A stretch of 63,990 nt of DNA, the filler included, from Dimargaris cristalligena (Eukaryota): NCBI GenBank assembly GCA_003614675.1. It is 3 parts of 3 records of this genome, joined end to end, with 100 filler letters (N's around TTAATTAATTAA, not from the genome) between each part and the next. Parts side by side here need not be neighbours in the genome. Positions count along the whole stretch, not along the records: positions 21,798 to 43,484 come from ML002655.1; 2 more parts are not named here. One strand, 5' to 3'. The notes under the pieces were generated by a model that saw nothing but the letters and a program-made list of their open reading frames with translations, did not search any database and was not told the origin of the DNA. The translations under genes were made by a program, and so were the position numbers. Below, piece after piece: positions 23,003-37,446 of this stretch (the first letter of the stretch is position 1; every line of letters starts with the position of its first letter).

Positions 23003-24018
23003 ATGTTACGTTTCCTCGCTGCCCTCAATATAGTGGGGGTGCTTCTCGCCGTTGCCTTTGTGGCCCTGTGTATCGTTTGCGGTCTCTATTACATCTCCGA
23101 GCTGGTGGAGGAAAAAACGAGCCAGGCGCGCCGGGTCATTCTCTACACGACTTGGGCAGTGGTGGCTGTCCACCCCCTGCTGGGAATCTTCGACGGCTTG
23201 TCCTGGACCCGCTTGGGCTTTTCACTCCTGTGCCAAGCCGTATACGCCCTCCATTTGAGCACTTTTCCATTCACCAACACCGAGGGATTCACGTTCATTG
23301 CTACTTGCGGTAGGTTATTCCTGATAGTTTACGCTTATTAATAGGGTGTGCCCATTGGCAGTGACTGCCGGTGGAGTAGTATTTACGTCCTCGACGACAG
23401 CATACGCTTGCTGTTTGGTATACACCGGCTATTAAGAAATAGTTAATGACCTGTCAACCGCTACGATCCACCCAGTGGTATATTAATATAGATTCGACAT
23501 AAACCAAGGCTGACTAATGTTTATGTGGAATTGAATCTCATACCCATTTTATATATCACAATCCACCCAAACCAACCAGTGCTCGTCATTTGCAACCACT
23601 TCACATGGTTCTTATATTTTATCGACTCGCACTATCCGACCACCGAGACGGTGTCTTTTTTCGTCATTTGCGTCTGGCTGGTCCCTGTCCTCTACCTGGT
23701 ATCACTCAATTCAAATGAGAATCAGCTCCCGGATATGCGTAAGTAGAGTCCTTGATAAATACCGCTAAAATATACCCACATGTATCGTTATCATGACACC
23801 GATGAAGTCAAACTATCGAACTCCTTGAACTCACAACCTTAATGACTGAAATGTACACATTCTTACTTTTCACACGTATGCATATCTCTTTGGCTACCTT
23901 AGGTCACAACCCGAGCGCCCGACAGCCGAGTAAAGGGACCAGTATCATTAAATCGTTCTTCGGTACCATTTTGGGGAAATCAGAGAATGCGGCACCATCC
24001 AAGAGTCGCATTGGTTAA
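23003..24018 (+). CDS. SVP26: Svp26/TEX261 (Erv26 family) ER-Golgi membrane adaptor; exons 23003-23309, 23580-23738, 23903-24018
   Basis: GLYYISELVEE.T..ARR, FPF, NHFTWFLYF, SFFVICVWLVPVLYLVSLNSNENQLP. Two phase-1 GT-AG introns (23310-23579, 23739-23902) give a continuous frame. Confidence 0.9.
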
Positions 24019-27000
24019 GACAATAAATAACCATACCGAAATTCAAGCCAAAGCAAAGTAAACTGGCTCCTAGTCGGAAAATAGCCCACGCATACACCAC
24101 CACCCAGTCTTTGAAAAATACCCTTCGTTTCTTATTTTCATATTACTGTATATCACCACAGTTCGTCCCGGCTAACATATCATTATGGCTGCTGTTACCT
24201 TCATAGGCCTCTAACGGTAATGGAAGATGCACACTATATCTGGACCGCGCATACATATTTCGGTTGTTCTAATATATGGGTAATCGCCGCCAATTTCGCG
24301 GGCCAGTTTGATAGTTAGGTGACATTTTAAGAAATTTCCTATATTTTATAAATAAAAGGTTTTTGGTCAAGGGCAAAAACTGGGTCGATCGTACTATATA
24401 TGGTATGCGTACTGGCATAAATAATGTCCGGGGGATTGATGAGATGCTTACCGCCAGGTGTATTTTTATTTAGTAAAACCTACCGCCTCAATCCTGACCC
24501 GAATAGCTAGCATAGCCTAATCCGTTTTATTTTTCAACTTAGTGACTAACCAGTTGCATTATAACTGGATTGTTCTATAGTGCGTATTAATCTCTTGACA
24601 TTGGTGTCACGGACATACATATATTGCAATCGACTGAAAGCAAGTTGCTATGATATTATATTATTATATTTGCTAGGCATTGTACATCACTCCACACTTA
24701 TGGTAGAATATCGACTATATATTGGGGGGAAAGCCGCTGTAACATCCTATTCAGACTTTCGCCCCCAACCCTATCAGCCACCTCCATTCATCATAACCAA
24801 GGCCCGACCATGATCTCAATTGTAAGACTAAGTATTTACAATACCCGCCGGAGTAACCCCCGGCTATTTAATACGACTTTATTGACCGTGTTTACACCCC
24901 CTCCCTTGCCGAATTAAATAAACAGTGAACGCTGATTCAATTGTACTACCTCACCCCTAACCCAATGGCAGTCACAGCACGGTCCATTTGGAGGCCGGAT
25001 TGCATTTTTTGAGTGGTAGGGTAATTATAGAGTCCGCAATGTGCTTCTAATGATTGGTTCGCAATTATCTCTAACCGTGGATACATTGCTAATGCATACT
25101 AAGAAGAAGGAGCGTACCCTTAGACTGACCAGTAAAAATAGTGACGATAGGAGTGTGAGCTACAGTTGAAGTGATTGAGGCGACTCATTCAATCTATTCA
25201 CCAGCTCCTCCCCGATACTCATTCACATGCCCCAATCCAACTACCAGTGCCTGTATCCTCCCCCTTCTCCGGATTCTAGTCTGAGATCAAACGGCCTCAT
25301 TCCCGAGCGGGGTCACTAACGAGAATATTACTTATTTACTGTTAGGGAGGGGGTTGGGGATGAAATGGGGGGAGGGTCTGGGTATATAGATGCATTGGAC
25401 GAACCCCGCCCAGAAAAATGAGGTAGGCCATTCTTTTACACTGGTTACATCATCAGGTTTAAGTGAACAGCTAATTTTGAAACGTAACTATATTGCCATG
25501 GTACTCAACGTGGCTCGGGCATGGGGAGCTAGCATACTGGGGAGATCCCACGCTGTATCTTACACCATCTATTAAAAACCCCTGGCTGTTTAAAGCTATG
25601 TTGGGTGCTATTGAGCCTTACTAAAATTTCGTCCCTACTTGTCTTAAAGAGGGTGCTTGGAAAACTCGCTCGTAATAATATTTGAAGTTCAGGCTCCGGA
25701 GCCTGAACTACAATATCCTCAATGGTTTATAACGATCGGATCGGATCGCGATATTACTACATATCCATTTTCATAACCCTCCTTGACCGCCTTCGCATAC
25801 TTTAATGTAGTTAAGGAATGCAATTTAACCAATAACAACCTAGCCTCCAATGCCTATTGTCTGATGGGTTTCTGCGACCGTTTTGGAATTAATTCCGGTA
25901 CTATTAAATGATCAAGCCACAGCACCAATTCACTGGAGTATATCTTGCAACCACTTCCACTTCCTGTTTCAGGACATGTAGCTCCCCCGCCTACTTTTAA
26001 CATATGTACCCCCCTATATATTACCCCTCCGCTCTCCATGTGTACCTTTAAAATTAGTACAAGGGTCAGTTTCATTGATTCGCTGATAAGCCTTTTAAGG
26101 TGGGGATGGGGGAGGGCTATTACCGAATTCACCCCTGTGAGACAAATTGGATAAATCACTGTCATAAAACCTGGATCGTTATAACCCCACGGGAGTAGAA
26201 CACTCCCACCAAGTCACTCTCCCTTCCCCCGCCTTTGATTTCAAAATTATGACTGCGTAGGGGGTAGTGGCCACTCGTAGCTGGGTGAGGGTCGACAACG
26301 GATTACCGGGTAATTCTAGTATTACTGAAGCCCCCTGGGGTATGGGAGCCGAAAATAAATCGAAGCCTTGCCGTTTGACGTAAGTTAGGAGGCTCGTCTT
26401 AGCCTGTCCAGTCATCGGTGTGATTCGAGCTTATGGCTGGTGCACGTATCATTGAGTAGCTGAGAGGGGGTTTGTCCAATACAATCGCTGTTGCTCAAAG
26501 AGGGGTGTGTGTTGGAGCCGATAGGACTGTTCATTAAACATAGTAAATTCTGCAGACTAAGGCATTGCCAGTGGCAAACGTATTAGGGAATCGGTATTTC
26601 ATTTGTTTTATCGTTGGCCCATTCTTCATCGCTCAATTTGTGCATTATGCCACGGTACCCTTGCAAACCTCATCATAGTCGAGTATTAAGGGATGGAGAA
26701 AGGAAGGCCTTTATGTAAGGTAGTTGGTGTGGAATTGGCGAGGACTGGTTTTATCCACTGAGCCACATATGCGCAGTGCAACAAGGAGGTATTTGCTAAC
26801 ACACGCGTGTTTAGTACTGTTAACTGAAGCACCAGCTCGTTTTCGAAGGGTAATGTGTGTAAGGCTAGGGGGCTATCCGATGGTCAAGGAACAGTAGAAT
26901 ATGCCGCAGGCTTCCTCCGGTTTGACAGGAGGTCTATTATTCCGATTTAAGGTTGGTGATTAGCCCATACTTCACATCATTACATTCACCCTGTTTTTAT

Positions 27001-29665
27001 TGTTGTTGGTTTTTTTTGGAAGAGGGAGAGGGAAGGCCAATGCTCTAAATTCACTTCAACTAGTTCTCTCCTTGTACAGCCCCTCTCCCCTTTTCAGTTA
27101 GTTAAATGTGTCTCCCTATTCGAGGTTGTCGATGTTTGGCATGGTTTCGTAACCCCCCCTCAGCTTTAGAAAGGGGTGGAATTACCATCGTGTTGTATAG
27201 GCGAACCTAGCGGGAGAATCCGATACAAAAGAACCTCTCATATTTATATAAAAAATGCGCTAAATAGCAACCTCCCATCAAAATTCCGGAAATTAAACTG
27301 GCGCATGGATATTGGGTATTTGGTCTATGATTCTCAACCTGGTAAAATGGGTAGATGCTCTGGTGAACTTCTTGTTATTGAGTAGCGGACCTTACCTTAC
27401 CAGGGTTAATCCACATTGCAGTCGGCCTAGCTGTGATTTTCCAGGCGTAGTGACTCAAAAGACTGCAATTCATCGCGCAAAAAAAAATGGGACATCGACG
27501 AATATTAGATACCTTCTCCTTCCTAGCGTATAGAAATACTGAATCCACAAGATACCCCCTATAAACCGGTTTACTTTGTAAGTGAAACATCAGCGTCCCA
27601 ACATTGAACCCACGCACTATCTTACAAGCCAAACTAATATTATACGAATATGCTGCTTGAATACCCGAACAAGGGCTTGACTTGGCGGCCCACGCTAAAG
27701 GAGTAGCCTTTTAGACGTACTGGGGCAATACATACCTCGTTCGGAAGCCAACCAATCACTTTGCCAATCTAATCACTGCTAAAGCGGGTTTGTGAGGTCA
27801 AGGAGAGAAGGTGGGGGTTTGATAGCAGGGAGGCGATAAACTACAGGGCCGATTTGGCCTGCGGAATCTGGTTGGTCCCTTGATTAGAAGGGAGCCGGGG
27901 GTGGTGTGATCATGACCGGGAAGCGTTGCAGACAAGAGTGAATTGGTCAGAATTAGGCCAAAGTAGCCTGAATGTTCTGGGAACTCTTGGATTGAAACAT
28001 GAATATCGGTGAGGACAACAGTCTATTTTCAGTAAAACTTACTATTACTGTAAAAGGCGGCGGATTCCGGTCTACCAAAATAGATGGGAATTGGGCGTAC
28101 CTTCAATACGCCGGATGAAAGGGGTCTACGTCAGCTCAACTGCCGATTAATATTCTTGCTTCCAACCCTCTTCCGTTCCGCTCTGACCAGAGGGTAGTTT
28201 TTCGGAAAACCCGGATCTTAGGTTGGCGGATTTTTCATCTAGTAATTCATTTAACCCACCTCTACTGGTATTCCCTTCCACTTGATCTACTCAAATATGG
28301 TATGAGCCAAACGTCTGGGTTACATCCCCCTTCCCTAACCGGTGAATTCATATGTAAGTTTCTGCATATTTCAACGAATGGACTATACATATATATAAAG
28401 TGTGGAGCAATGGGGTAAACTGTGGCATGAACTGCGGGGCTCAGTGGGCGACGGCAGTATCGATGGGGAGGAGAGGAGGGGGGTTGGGCTGTACACATTG
28501 TTGGTAGAAGTGATTGGCATGGGGAAAACACGGAAGAGAAGGGTAATATTGGAGTGCTAGAGGCAAACCCAAACGTGAAGGGAAGGATGAAGAGTGGAAG
28601 AGGAAAGGGAGGACCATTCACATTGGAGGATGGGATGTATACATACAAGCATCTAGATCCCCTTGCTGAACCCATTGATTATTTATTACATTCTCTCCCC
28701 CCGGATAGGCCAGTGGCTTATGATGCAGGGGAAGGAGATGCATCCGACAGTAATTGTAAGTGCTGACCGCTTCTATTTCTAAGTATGGCCACGTCAATTC
28801 GTAGTGTTCCTGACCCTCCAGTATAAGTATACCCTTGACTAACCAAGTACCCACCCTAACACTGTCTCCTCTGCTCTGCAATAATCCCCTACACGGGTAT
28901 TTTCATATGAGGACACTCCCTTGTTGTATGAAGTATACATGGATGTGAAATAGGGTGATGGATTTATACTACTACTGAGCATTCAAGAAATAATGGGGTG
29001 GTCAGTTTTAAGTTGTATCACCCCATTTTCGGGATTACATGGGGAGGTACAGTCAGTAAAGCCTGACCACCCATTCGGATGCTTTGGCCCATCGATTCCA
29101 TCAGGTTGAAATCAGCCCATTAGACCGTCCAACTCCTCTAGAAGCCGCCCCCTCCAAAAAATATTTTATTCTAACCATATTCGCTGATGAACCATTTCAT
29201 ACATAAAAGTCAATTGATATTTGTAAACAACCTCACCCCATCTGACCCAGTGCCGATGTGGTTCATCAACCGGCCCCAGAAAATACTCGTTCAAAACGGC
29301 CAGGGAATGGCGGATCGTGTGAGATTATTGAACCGGGAAGTTATGATACACTCTGCACACTGGACTTCCAAAGGGTAAGTGCTTTATGTTGAATCCCATG
29401 ACTTTAAAGGATTCAGGATACTGTTGAACAGTGAATGAGGACAGGTGGGGGATTCTTGATTATTACTATTTGGCAATATGAGTTGAATGATGAAGGATCA
29501 GGGTGAAAAAGAAGGCGGGAAGGTGTGTGAGAAAGTGTAAAGAACAGCTGGAAAATTTGTTTCACATCACATCCCTCGTCCCTCAGAGGGGGTTGTTCGC
29601 CGGCTGAATCGATCGCCTCGTTCCCGACTGGAATTTTTTCGACGCCTGTGACAACCAAGAAATAG

Positions 29666-29700
<35 letters not shown>

Positions 29701-32700
29701 TTTCGGGGTTTTCCATGGGGCCTGACTAGGTTTGGTCTCATAAATTTGGTTCCGGTGGGGCTGCAACAGAGAGGAAGGGAAGGGAGGCGGGCGGGGTTTG
29801 GCTATTAACAATGGTGTATTATGTTGTGGTCACCCCACCATGACGGGCTATATTTTGCCAACAGCAAATGCATAAAAAAAAAGTAACAATCGCAAGCTAG
29901 TCACTGTAGAGACAAAACACGTAAGTGGTCTCCTACCAGTATGCCAACATTCAACAGCTGCCGATTCTTCCAAGCCCCCTCCCTGGTCTCGAGGTCTGAT
30001 AGATCCTGAGTGCCTCTACGCTCAACGGCCAGCGCTGCCCCTAAAAAAGGCCTATTAAACGCGCCAACTAACACCCGCCTACTCTATTTTTCCCTGTGTC
30101 AGGATATTGGGACACATTAGCCGATGGTTTTAATTATAGGTAAATATATATACTATTATTGCTGTTGTTTTTATTACTATTTTTTTTTAAAAAAGTAAAC
30201 CTCGGGAGTTGTTATGTGGAAAACCACTGAAACTGAGTATAATGTATTTGTAATCCTTGGAAAGTCGGGTTTCTGAATGGTATTGGCAGGTTGACGGAAT
30301 TCCTTTGTCCGTCGGTGTAGGTTCATAATCACAGCGGGTTTAAGAAACGCCAGAGTGGGCCACATTACCGGCCTGGAACAGCCTACAACCATATGGACGA
30401 GGGGGAGTCACTGGGCTTTCATTACCTCTTTTAGTAGGCACAATTCATATATAGGCATTTCCCCAACTAGGGTTGGCCTGATGACCCAAAGTATTTCAAC
30501 CATGGTAAAAATCAAAGAGCGGCCCAGAACTATAAAGCAAAAAAGAAAAGCCTTTAGCATCATAGAATGCCTCAGTATAATAGTCCATAAGGAGAAGACG
30601 GGGCAGGAGTTGAGGGGGGCTAGTTTTCTGAATGGGGCAGTGGCTGTAAAGTAGTAAAATGTGATGTAAACAACGCCTCGATGGCCTCAACCGACCATTA
30701 TCCAGTCCAAGTAAAGGCCAGGCGCCATGCTGCAGTCCGACATGATAGTAGTTTAGTTTCGGATATGAATGGTCTGTTAGTAACGGGTGGACCGAGAAGG
30801 CCAGGTGCAAAGAACATAAAGGTAAACCCCAGCTACCATTGACTTGTGAAAGTTTCATCATATTGGAAGAATTCGGGTTCCAAATGCATCGCGATTGCGA
30901 CTGTTGGTAAAAATACACGGACACTCGGAGGAGTTGGTGGGGGAGAAGGAATGCCTAATGATGTACAACAAACCTGCACTGTGGCTCAGATGGAAATGGA
31001 CGGAGAATAAGCGTGGCGCAATGGACATGTCCACAGGTAAATATATAGAGTACAATGTTCGATTGGAACAGGAAAATAAACAACGCTAGGATTCTCTAGC
31101 GGCAAGGCGGGCGCCTTCAGCATGGGCCGCAACAATCGGTTACCTACATTAATATGCGTGAGGAGGGCACTAAGCAAATTCTTCGCGAATAATAGCGGCG
31201 ACAGTGGGCCCCGAATAGGTATAATGCGGGGAAGTTCGGACAGAAGAGAGTGAGAGAAAGTGAAGGTAATAAAACAATGTGAGCCGCCGGTCTACTAATG
31301 GGGGATGGGGTTGTAAAAAAACACAGCAAACCGTATGAATGGGGATGATGGTAATTGTTTGTGGAAAGGTCGTCTTCCTCCCCGCTTTAGGAACAGGCGG
31401 TGATCACACAAATGGGCTTTAGCTTTAGCCACAACCTCGGATTTCTCCCAGCTGTGCTTTCCGGGTCGCCCACATGCAGCTTGCCATTTGATAATACCCG
31501 TTTACCTTTGCATCCAATGTTTATTTCCTCTGTGAATTGTGCCACTCATACAAAAACGCAGTGGGGGTGTAGAACCCAGGCTGGGAGTTTGGTTTATTTG
31601 GGGCAGTGGTTATGGGGCCGACTGGGCCCAGAGGGTAGAGGGGTGGCTTGGCATGTTCGCCAGAGCATAGGCTACTTTTATTTTATTAAAAATATAGAAT
31701 AATAGAGAACAGCATGACCGTACGGAAGCATGGCCATTAGGGTTTAGGTTAAGGCTGCTTCACTTGCTAATAGGCGCAGTGAGCTTGAGCTTCTCTAGAC
31801 GGCTGGATTAAGAAGCCGGCCGTTGTCCGACCCCTCCGCGCCTCTAGACCGTTGGACTCATCCTAGAAGGCTAGAAGGATGGGGCCATCTCAAAGATGTG
31901 AGGAATACTGGGGATCAGCCAGTCTTTGACGGTCAGCCCCGTCTGGAAAGCCCTAGAGGGAGTGAGTGAGTGGCAGTGAGAGTTGGGTGACTGCACTTAA
32001 GGTTAACCATGATGGCCAGACATCGGAAGATAGGTGCGTACCGCCAGTGTAATTAGTCTACTGGCACTGATAATAAGCTCTAAACATCGCCTGTGACGTA
32101 CGAGGGTGCTGTGGGCCTGCCCTATTTCCACAGCCATCTCAGTATCAAGGGATGCAGGTAACACGGGGCCCTGATGTGGTGGGCTGCAGGAATACGGGTG
32201 GGTGGGTAGGCGGGGGGAATATAGACCTCGCCATACACCCCCGCGTATATGAGAGGGAATATACGGATGGTGTGGTTCATTTTTCAACTGGCCCGAGCGA
32301 AATAGACACAGTGCTATGAGGCCTGCAGTGAGTGACCATTGTTTGATCTCATTGGGTTTACACTAGGAGAATACGAGGGACTATGAGTAAGACACAGGGG
32401 CCTGAACCGCGAAACGGCTTCGTGCTCCTTCCCACCCCTGGACAACCCCCTAAGTTTAGTTATTACTCCACGTTGTGTGGGGAGGAATGCAACCTATAGC
32501 TTCGGCTACGGATAGGAACGGCCCAGGGAAGGGATTATTTGGGCGCTGAATTGCACTGCTTCCTTCATCCAGAGCCAGCAAGTACAATGATGATGTTTGG
32601 CTGCACCCGGGTGGGAATCCTCCCTCCGCCTTCTCCAACCATCCCGATGATATACATGCACCATATAGATGGGTACATTACACTGTGACGAGAGGACTAG

Positions 32701-33373
32701 GCCCACACGGCGGAAGGTCGGCATAGTCTTCACCGATGCCATATCGGGGATCCGATTGATATTGGGCCATACGGTCGAGTGAATCCGCTGGCGGAGGGTT
32801 GCCATCCCCACCTTACGTTTATATTGATTTAAGGCCTGGGTGGTATTCAATATCGCCTTACTCATTTTCAAACCCTAGGTATTCTCCTCCCGAAGCAGAG
32901 AGAAAAGTAAGCCTTCTTGACCTACGCTGGAGCACCCCTTGGTGACTACTCCTCTGCACGGGGCTTCATCACCCAGCGGGATGCTGAATGATTAAGCCGT
33001 AACTTACCCACTAAATAACCATGTAGGAAGGGGTGGATCCTGAATGTCCGTGTCGAGAGAACCAGAGAGAGGAGGATCTGGCTTTGTGGCAGTAGTAGTG
33101 TATTAGGTATTTTAATTTATTCCTACAGGCTGAGGAATATAACTTACACGCACCCCAGTACGCGCAACCTTTGTGGATGATCCGCCCCACGTCCCCTTCC
33201 TCTCTACCTTTCTCAGTCTACTACTGCCATCTCTCCCCCCGCCTATACACCCTATTTACTCTCTACCTTACCTATAAGATTTTCATTGAATCATATCAAC
33301 CTGCAGTTTGTATAGGCCGCAGGGTGGCACAACCCCGACCTTCCTTTTTGTGCCCGCCTCGTCCCCATTCATC

Positions 33374-33529
33374 CTCCCCGCCCCGCTGGCCCACATCGCC
33401 CACATCCTCCCCGCCCATTCACGGACATCTCCTCTCCCCGCCCATATTGCCTACCGCCAAAGTGAAGGCAAACTGGGTGATTGACCAGCCCCCAGCCCCG
33501 TCCCCTCCACTGTGCTTCGATTATAAAAG
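33374..33529 (+). promoter_or_regulatory. Candidate distal promoter: 3x CTCCCCGCCC GC-box followed by TATAAAAG
   Basis: CTCCCCGCCC at 33374, 33407 and 33434; TATAAAAG at 33522-33529. Confidence 0.4.
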
Positions 33530-36500
33530 CGAACTTCAGGTGCCACGCCCGCCCTTTGGTACCTCCATGGCATGATTCTCTTACTCATTTTGTCTCTTAG
33601 TATTGTATTATTCATATATATATATATATATATATATCTTCAGTTTCTGGTTTATATTATTGATCGTGGTTATTTGGGAAATCGAGATCTGGGTTTTCGG
33701 CCAATGTTCTCTAATACACATCCGCATGTTACATCTCCCCGCTTCGACATTGTATTACACACACTATAGGTAAGGAGGACTCTCGAATCCGGTGCGTAAA
33801 TAGATTAAGATATTGTCCCCGGTGAGCTGCTAATAGCCCATTGGCTCTGGCTACGACGGCGGTTAGTTTATTGGACCGTAGTTATTCATTGGTGCAGTCT
33901 TTTAGTTTTTAGATTTAGCTGCTCCACCCACGCCCTCTGTTTCTTTGGATAGATTGGGCGTTATCCGCGGCCCATTGGTTAATTGGGTATTGCTCTGTTT
34001 GGACATGGTTCAGGCGACAGGCCCACTCCGTATAATACCCAATACTCGTGTTTAAGTAGGCTCCACCAGTGCCTGTCTGTGCACGGCGATGCTGGTACTA
34101 CTTCCACTCCCCCCTCTGCTTAGGCCGTGACACCCGGCCACTTAATTTACGCTGCATTGTTCGGAAAAATAGCCGATCCCATCGGGACACGCCGTCTTTA
34201 CTGCGTATCTTCCCTTCCACCTTACCCTTACCCCCCCCCCTCACACACGCGCTAATAACAGTAGAGGAGTAGTAGTCCCCTTTTACTACTGGCTTAATGT
34301 AATAGTCTGTTACGCCTGTGATGCTCATTTAAGTGGTAGCCCACTTTATGAACCGGCAGCCCATTGGATGCTCCCCCTTCCTTCTATACTCGACCTTGGC
34401 ACATGGTTTTAGACTGGGCGTTCCCGTTTTACCAGGTGCGGCTGCTTTATCTGCTCCACTTCCCGTTCTCTGGCAGCTAATTCGCTGCGCTTTTTTTATT
34501 ATTATCGAAGCCATCAGTCCAACCAACGTAGTTAGATGGGATTTTAATTTGCCTATTTTTCGGTGTCTTGCAAGTTCATCCCAAGCCTCTCTCTCTATAA
34601 TAGAGAAGAGGTACAGTATAGTATATAGCCAGTTATACTACAATTCACCTCCAAATTGCCCAATTACTATTACAATTGCTGGATTGCTATCTATTTTACT
34701 CATTCCGAAGCCGGTCTTCAATCTCATTCGTATCCATGGGTAAGGCGGCGACGTGTTTGTAAAAGGGGGTTAAAGGCGAAGGTGAAAGGGAGAGTGGTCG
34801 GATGATTTCGAGCAAAGCTAATCTGGGGACTACCAATTGCATCAGCGTGAATTTCCACTGGCTCGCTTGACCGTTTCGTATCAATTTTTACGCGGCTTAC
34901 CACTGCCGCATCAACAACCCCTTGTATAGTAGGCGTTTCCCCCGAACCTTTATGTTCGATTTAAAAAACTTACGAGTGGACCGAATGAGAGGGATAAGGG
35001 ATTGTTCTCTCATCAGCCACCATTACCAAACAGACGAGGCCCAGTCATCATCGCCATTATGATATTACCATTGCATCCACCCGTTTACTTAGCGACTAAC
35101 CGAACTCTATACTGTACTGCTGCGATTCCAATGTATTTTTCCCGCGCCCAACTCTCGCTGTTGGTTATAATCATTATCACCTCTGCCCACCGACATCCAG
35201 CTCTCACAATCAACCGTTAGACTCATCTGCCCCACCCCAGTTTCGCTTTGATAGTATAGTTCCACCGCCACACGCCACTACTACTAAGACTCTCTTCCCC
35301 TCCCCGTTTCTCACTGCCCCCCCCTCTCTCTCTCACACACACCCTCCTTTGCACAGAAAAGGCCCACCTATAGAGCCCTATTAAGGCACGCCGAGGTTCA
35401 CCCTATTCCCTCACCGTACTTCACCTGACTAACTCTACTATTTGGGGTCGGGCTAGTCCAGTGAGCCCATCACTCAATCTCCGTTGCGACCCATATCATC
35501 ATCCCGCCGGTGGCTCATTCTCCATCAACGTTCCCGGACGGCCTGGCCTTTCGAACCAGCCTCGGTCGATCGTGTCAGTTGTTGCTGTTCGCCGGCCACT
35601 TCCCGTACCCACGGTTGCAACCGCTAAGCTTGTTCTCGACAAGACTCTCTCGCCTTTGCCCGATCAGAGTGGGACCTACAGGGGTCGATTTTTTCACATA
35701 CCACCCGCCTAAAATATTGCTATTCAAAAGGTGAGTGCTATACATATATTCGAATTTGTACACCCCAACCTGTGTAGACCACGGGCTGTTATGGTGGGAG
35801 GCCCATCATGTAATCTAGTCCAGTAAGCATAGACCGGCCATTCCCTTATTCGGCACCTGCCCCGTATGACAACTGGATTTTCCGTTACATTGGGGCCTCT
35901 CGACTCGGATACCTCCATTTCCCTCCTTTTTATTGTTATTTTTTGATGACCCACCCCCGATAAGCGTACTTCTGCCGGTTAATTGAGACGACAATGCCAG
36001 CATAATGTTTTGAAGGCGGCCTCTAATTTGATCCATTGCTTCAATCCGGCTTTATCCTCGATTCATTCATTGGCCTTATGGCCGGGGCTCTAACAGTCTG
36101 ATACAGGTCGTGAACTGAACCGGCCTTGCAGGGTGGACTTGGGTATTACACAACCTGCTCCCCCTCAAAAAAAACGCACAACATATGGGTTGCTCGTTTC
36201 ACCACTGATGGTTGATCCAATCTAACATGGGGGGGAGTTGGTCACTAAAGCCGCCTGGCTCTAATGGGCCACGTATCCCTCTAATCGGTCCATAGAGCCA
36301 TCGCAACTAACACCGTATACCATTCATACCCCCTATTTTGTATTCTCCTCCCACGTCGTTCACCCGACCCTTGGCAATATAGTGTAAGCCAGTAGTGTGG
36401 ATTCCAGGTGTTCACTTCGCCAGGCTCGCTCTATTCTGTCTCCCCTGGCTACCAGAGCCGGACCCGCACAGCTTACCCAGTGCCCCACTCCCGTGTCTGC

Positions 36501-37269
36501 TCCGTCGGGTTATTGGTATCCCCACTGCTTCGCCTTCCCGGTGGATGACCTAGTCGCTATCACTCAGGGTTCCGTCTACTAGTGTCTCCCTAGTCGGCCC
36601 TTCCCTTTTCATTCATTTACTCATCGGCTCCAAAAGGTATAGTGACACCCTATGTTTAATGGTCCCACCCCTCCGTCTCCTGCCGGCATATTGCATGCCA
36701 AAAGTAGGCTATCCCCCCACTCTCCCCTTCTCTACCATGGCATTCCCCCCTCGTCGTTGGTGGTCTCTTTTCGACCCTTCGTTGCTTCGCGGAATGTCTA
36801 TCATATACCTTTGTGGCCGTGGACCATCCTTTGCCAGGCGCCCCCACCATTGTATAGCTCATGCCCCATCCACCTGCGGATCCATCGATGTCAAATTTAA
36901 ATTAATTCCCTGGGCTCTCTACGAAGCTATCCATATCGAAAGAAGGGGAAAGGGAGCACAACCATAGACGGGTTTGTGATTCGCATCCTTCCCTCGGTTT
37001 TGTATTTCCTTTTCTTGTCGGCTGTTGCACATTAGCGCCTAATTAATGGGTAGCCATATATTTTTGGCATCATTCGTTTCATCGCCTCTCCCTTCTTTGC
37101 TACATACTTCGACGGGGCCATTGATTTAAAAGGAGAAGGGAAAAAAGGGGGGTGGGGGAGCAGGGAGGCGAGGAAAGTCCACTCTACTCTACTACCCCCT
37201 AGATTACTATAGTGGGAATATTAGGGGGGCTGCCAGGCAGAGTACCCTTGGCTCTTTTGGCCCTGGTCC

Positions 37270-37446
37270 CCGCCGCTAAATTGGTTGGGCTGGGCCAATC
37301 GCCATGTTGGATTCTGTGCTAGGACCTGTCATCTCCCGATTTCTCCCCATCGCCTATTTGTCCAATTTCATTGGCAAAGGCGCGCGCTCCCTATCCCTGT
37401 CCTTCACATATCCCATTGAGGGATAAAGGGCCCGTGTATATAAATA
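37270..37446 (+). promoter_or_regulatory. Candidate proximal promoter of the WOPR gene (CCAAT/ATTGG cluster plus TATATAAATA)
   Basis: Several CCAAT/ATTGG words at 37280-37375 and TATATAAATA near 37436, followed by about 900 nt of pyrimidine-rich leader-like DNA up to ATG 38386. Confidence 0.4.

Noticed and set aside
30355..31089. Purine-rich short ORFs as a decayed gene or transposon
   Set aside because: No protein motif recognisable in any frame; would need a tBLASTx hit.
31790..31960. Cluster of CTAGA words and an imperfect fold-back as heat-shock elements or structured RNA
   Set aside because: No proper alternating nGAAn array and the pairing is short and interrupted.
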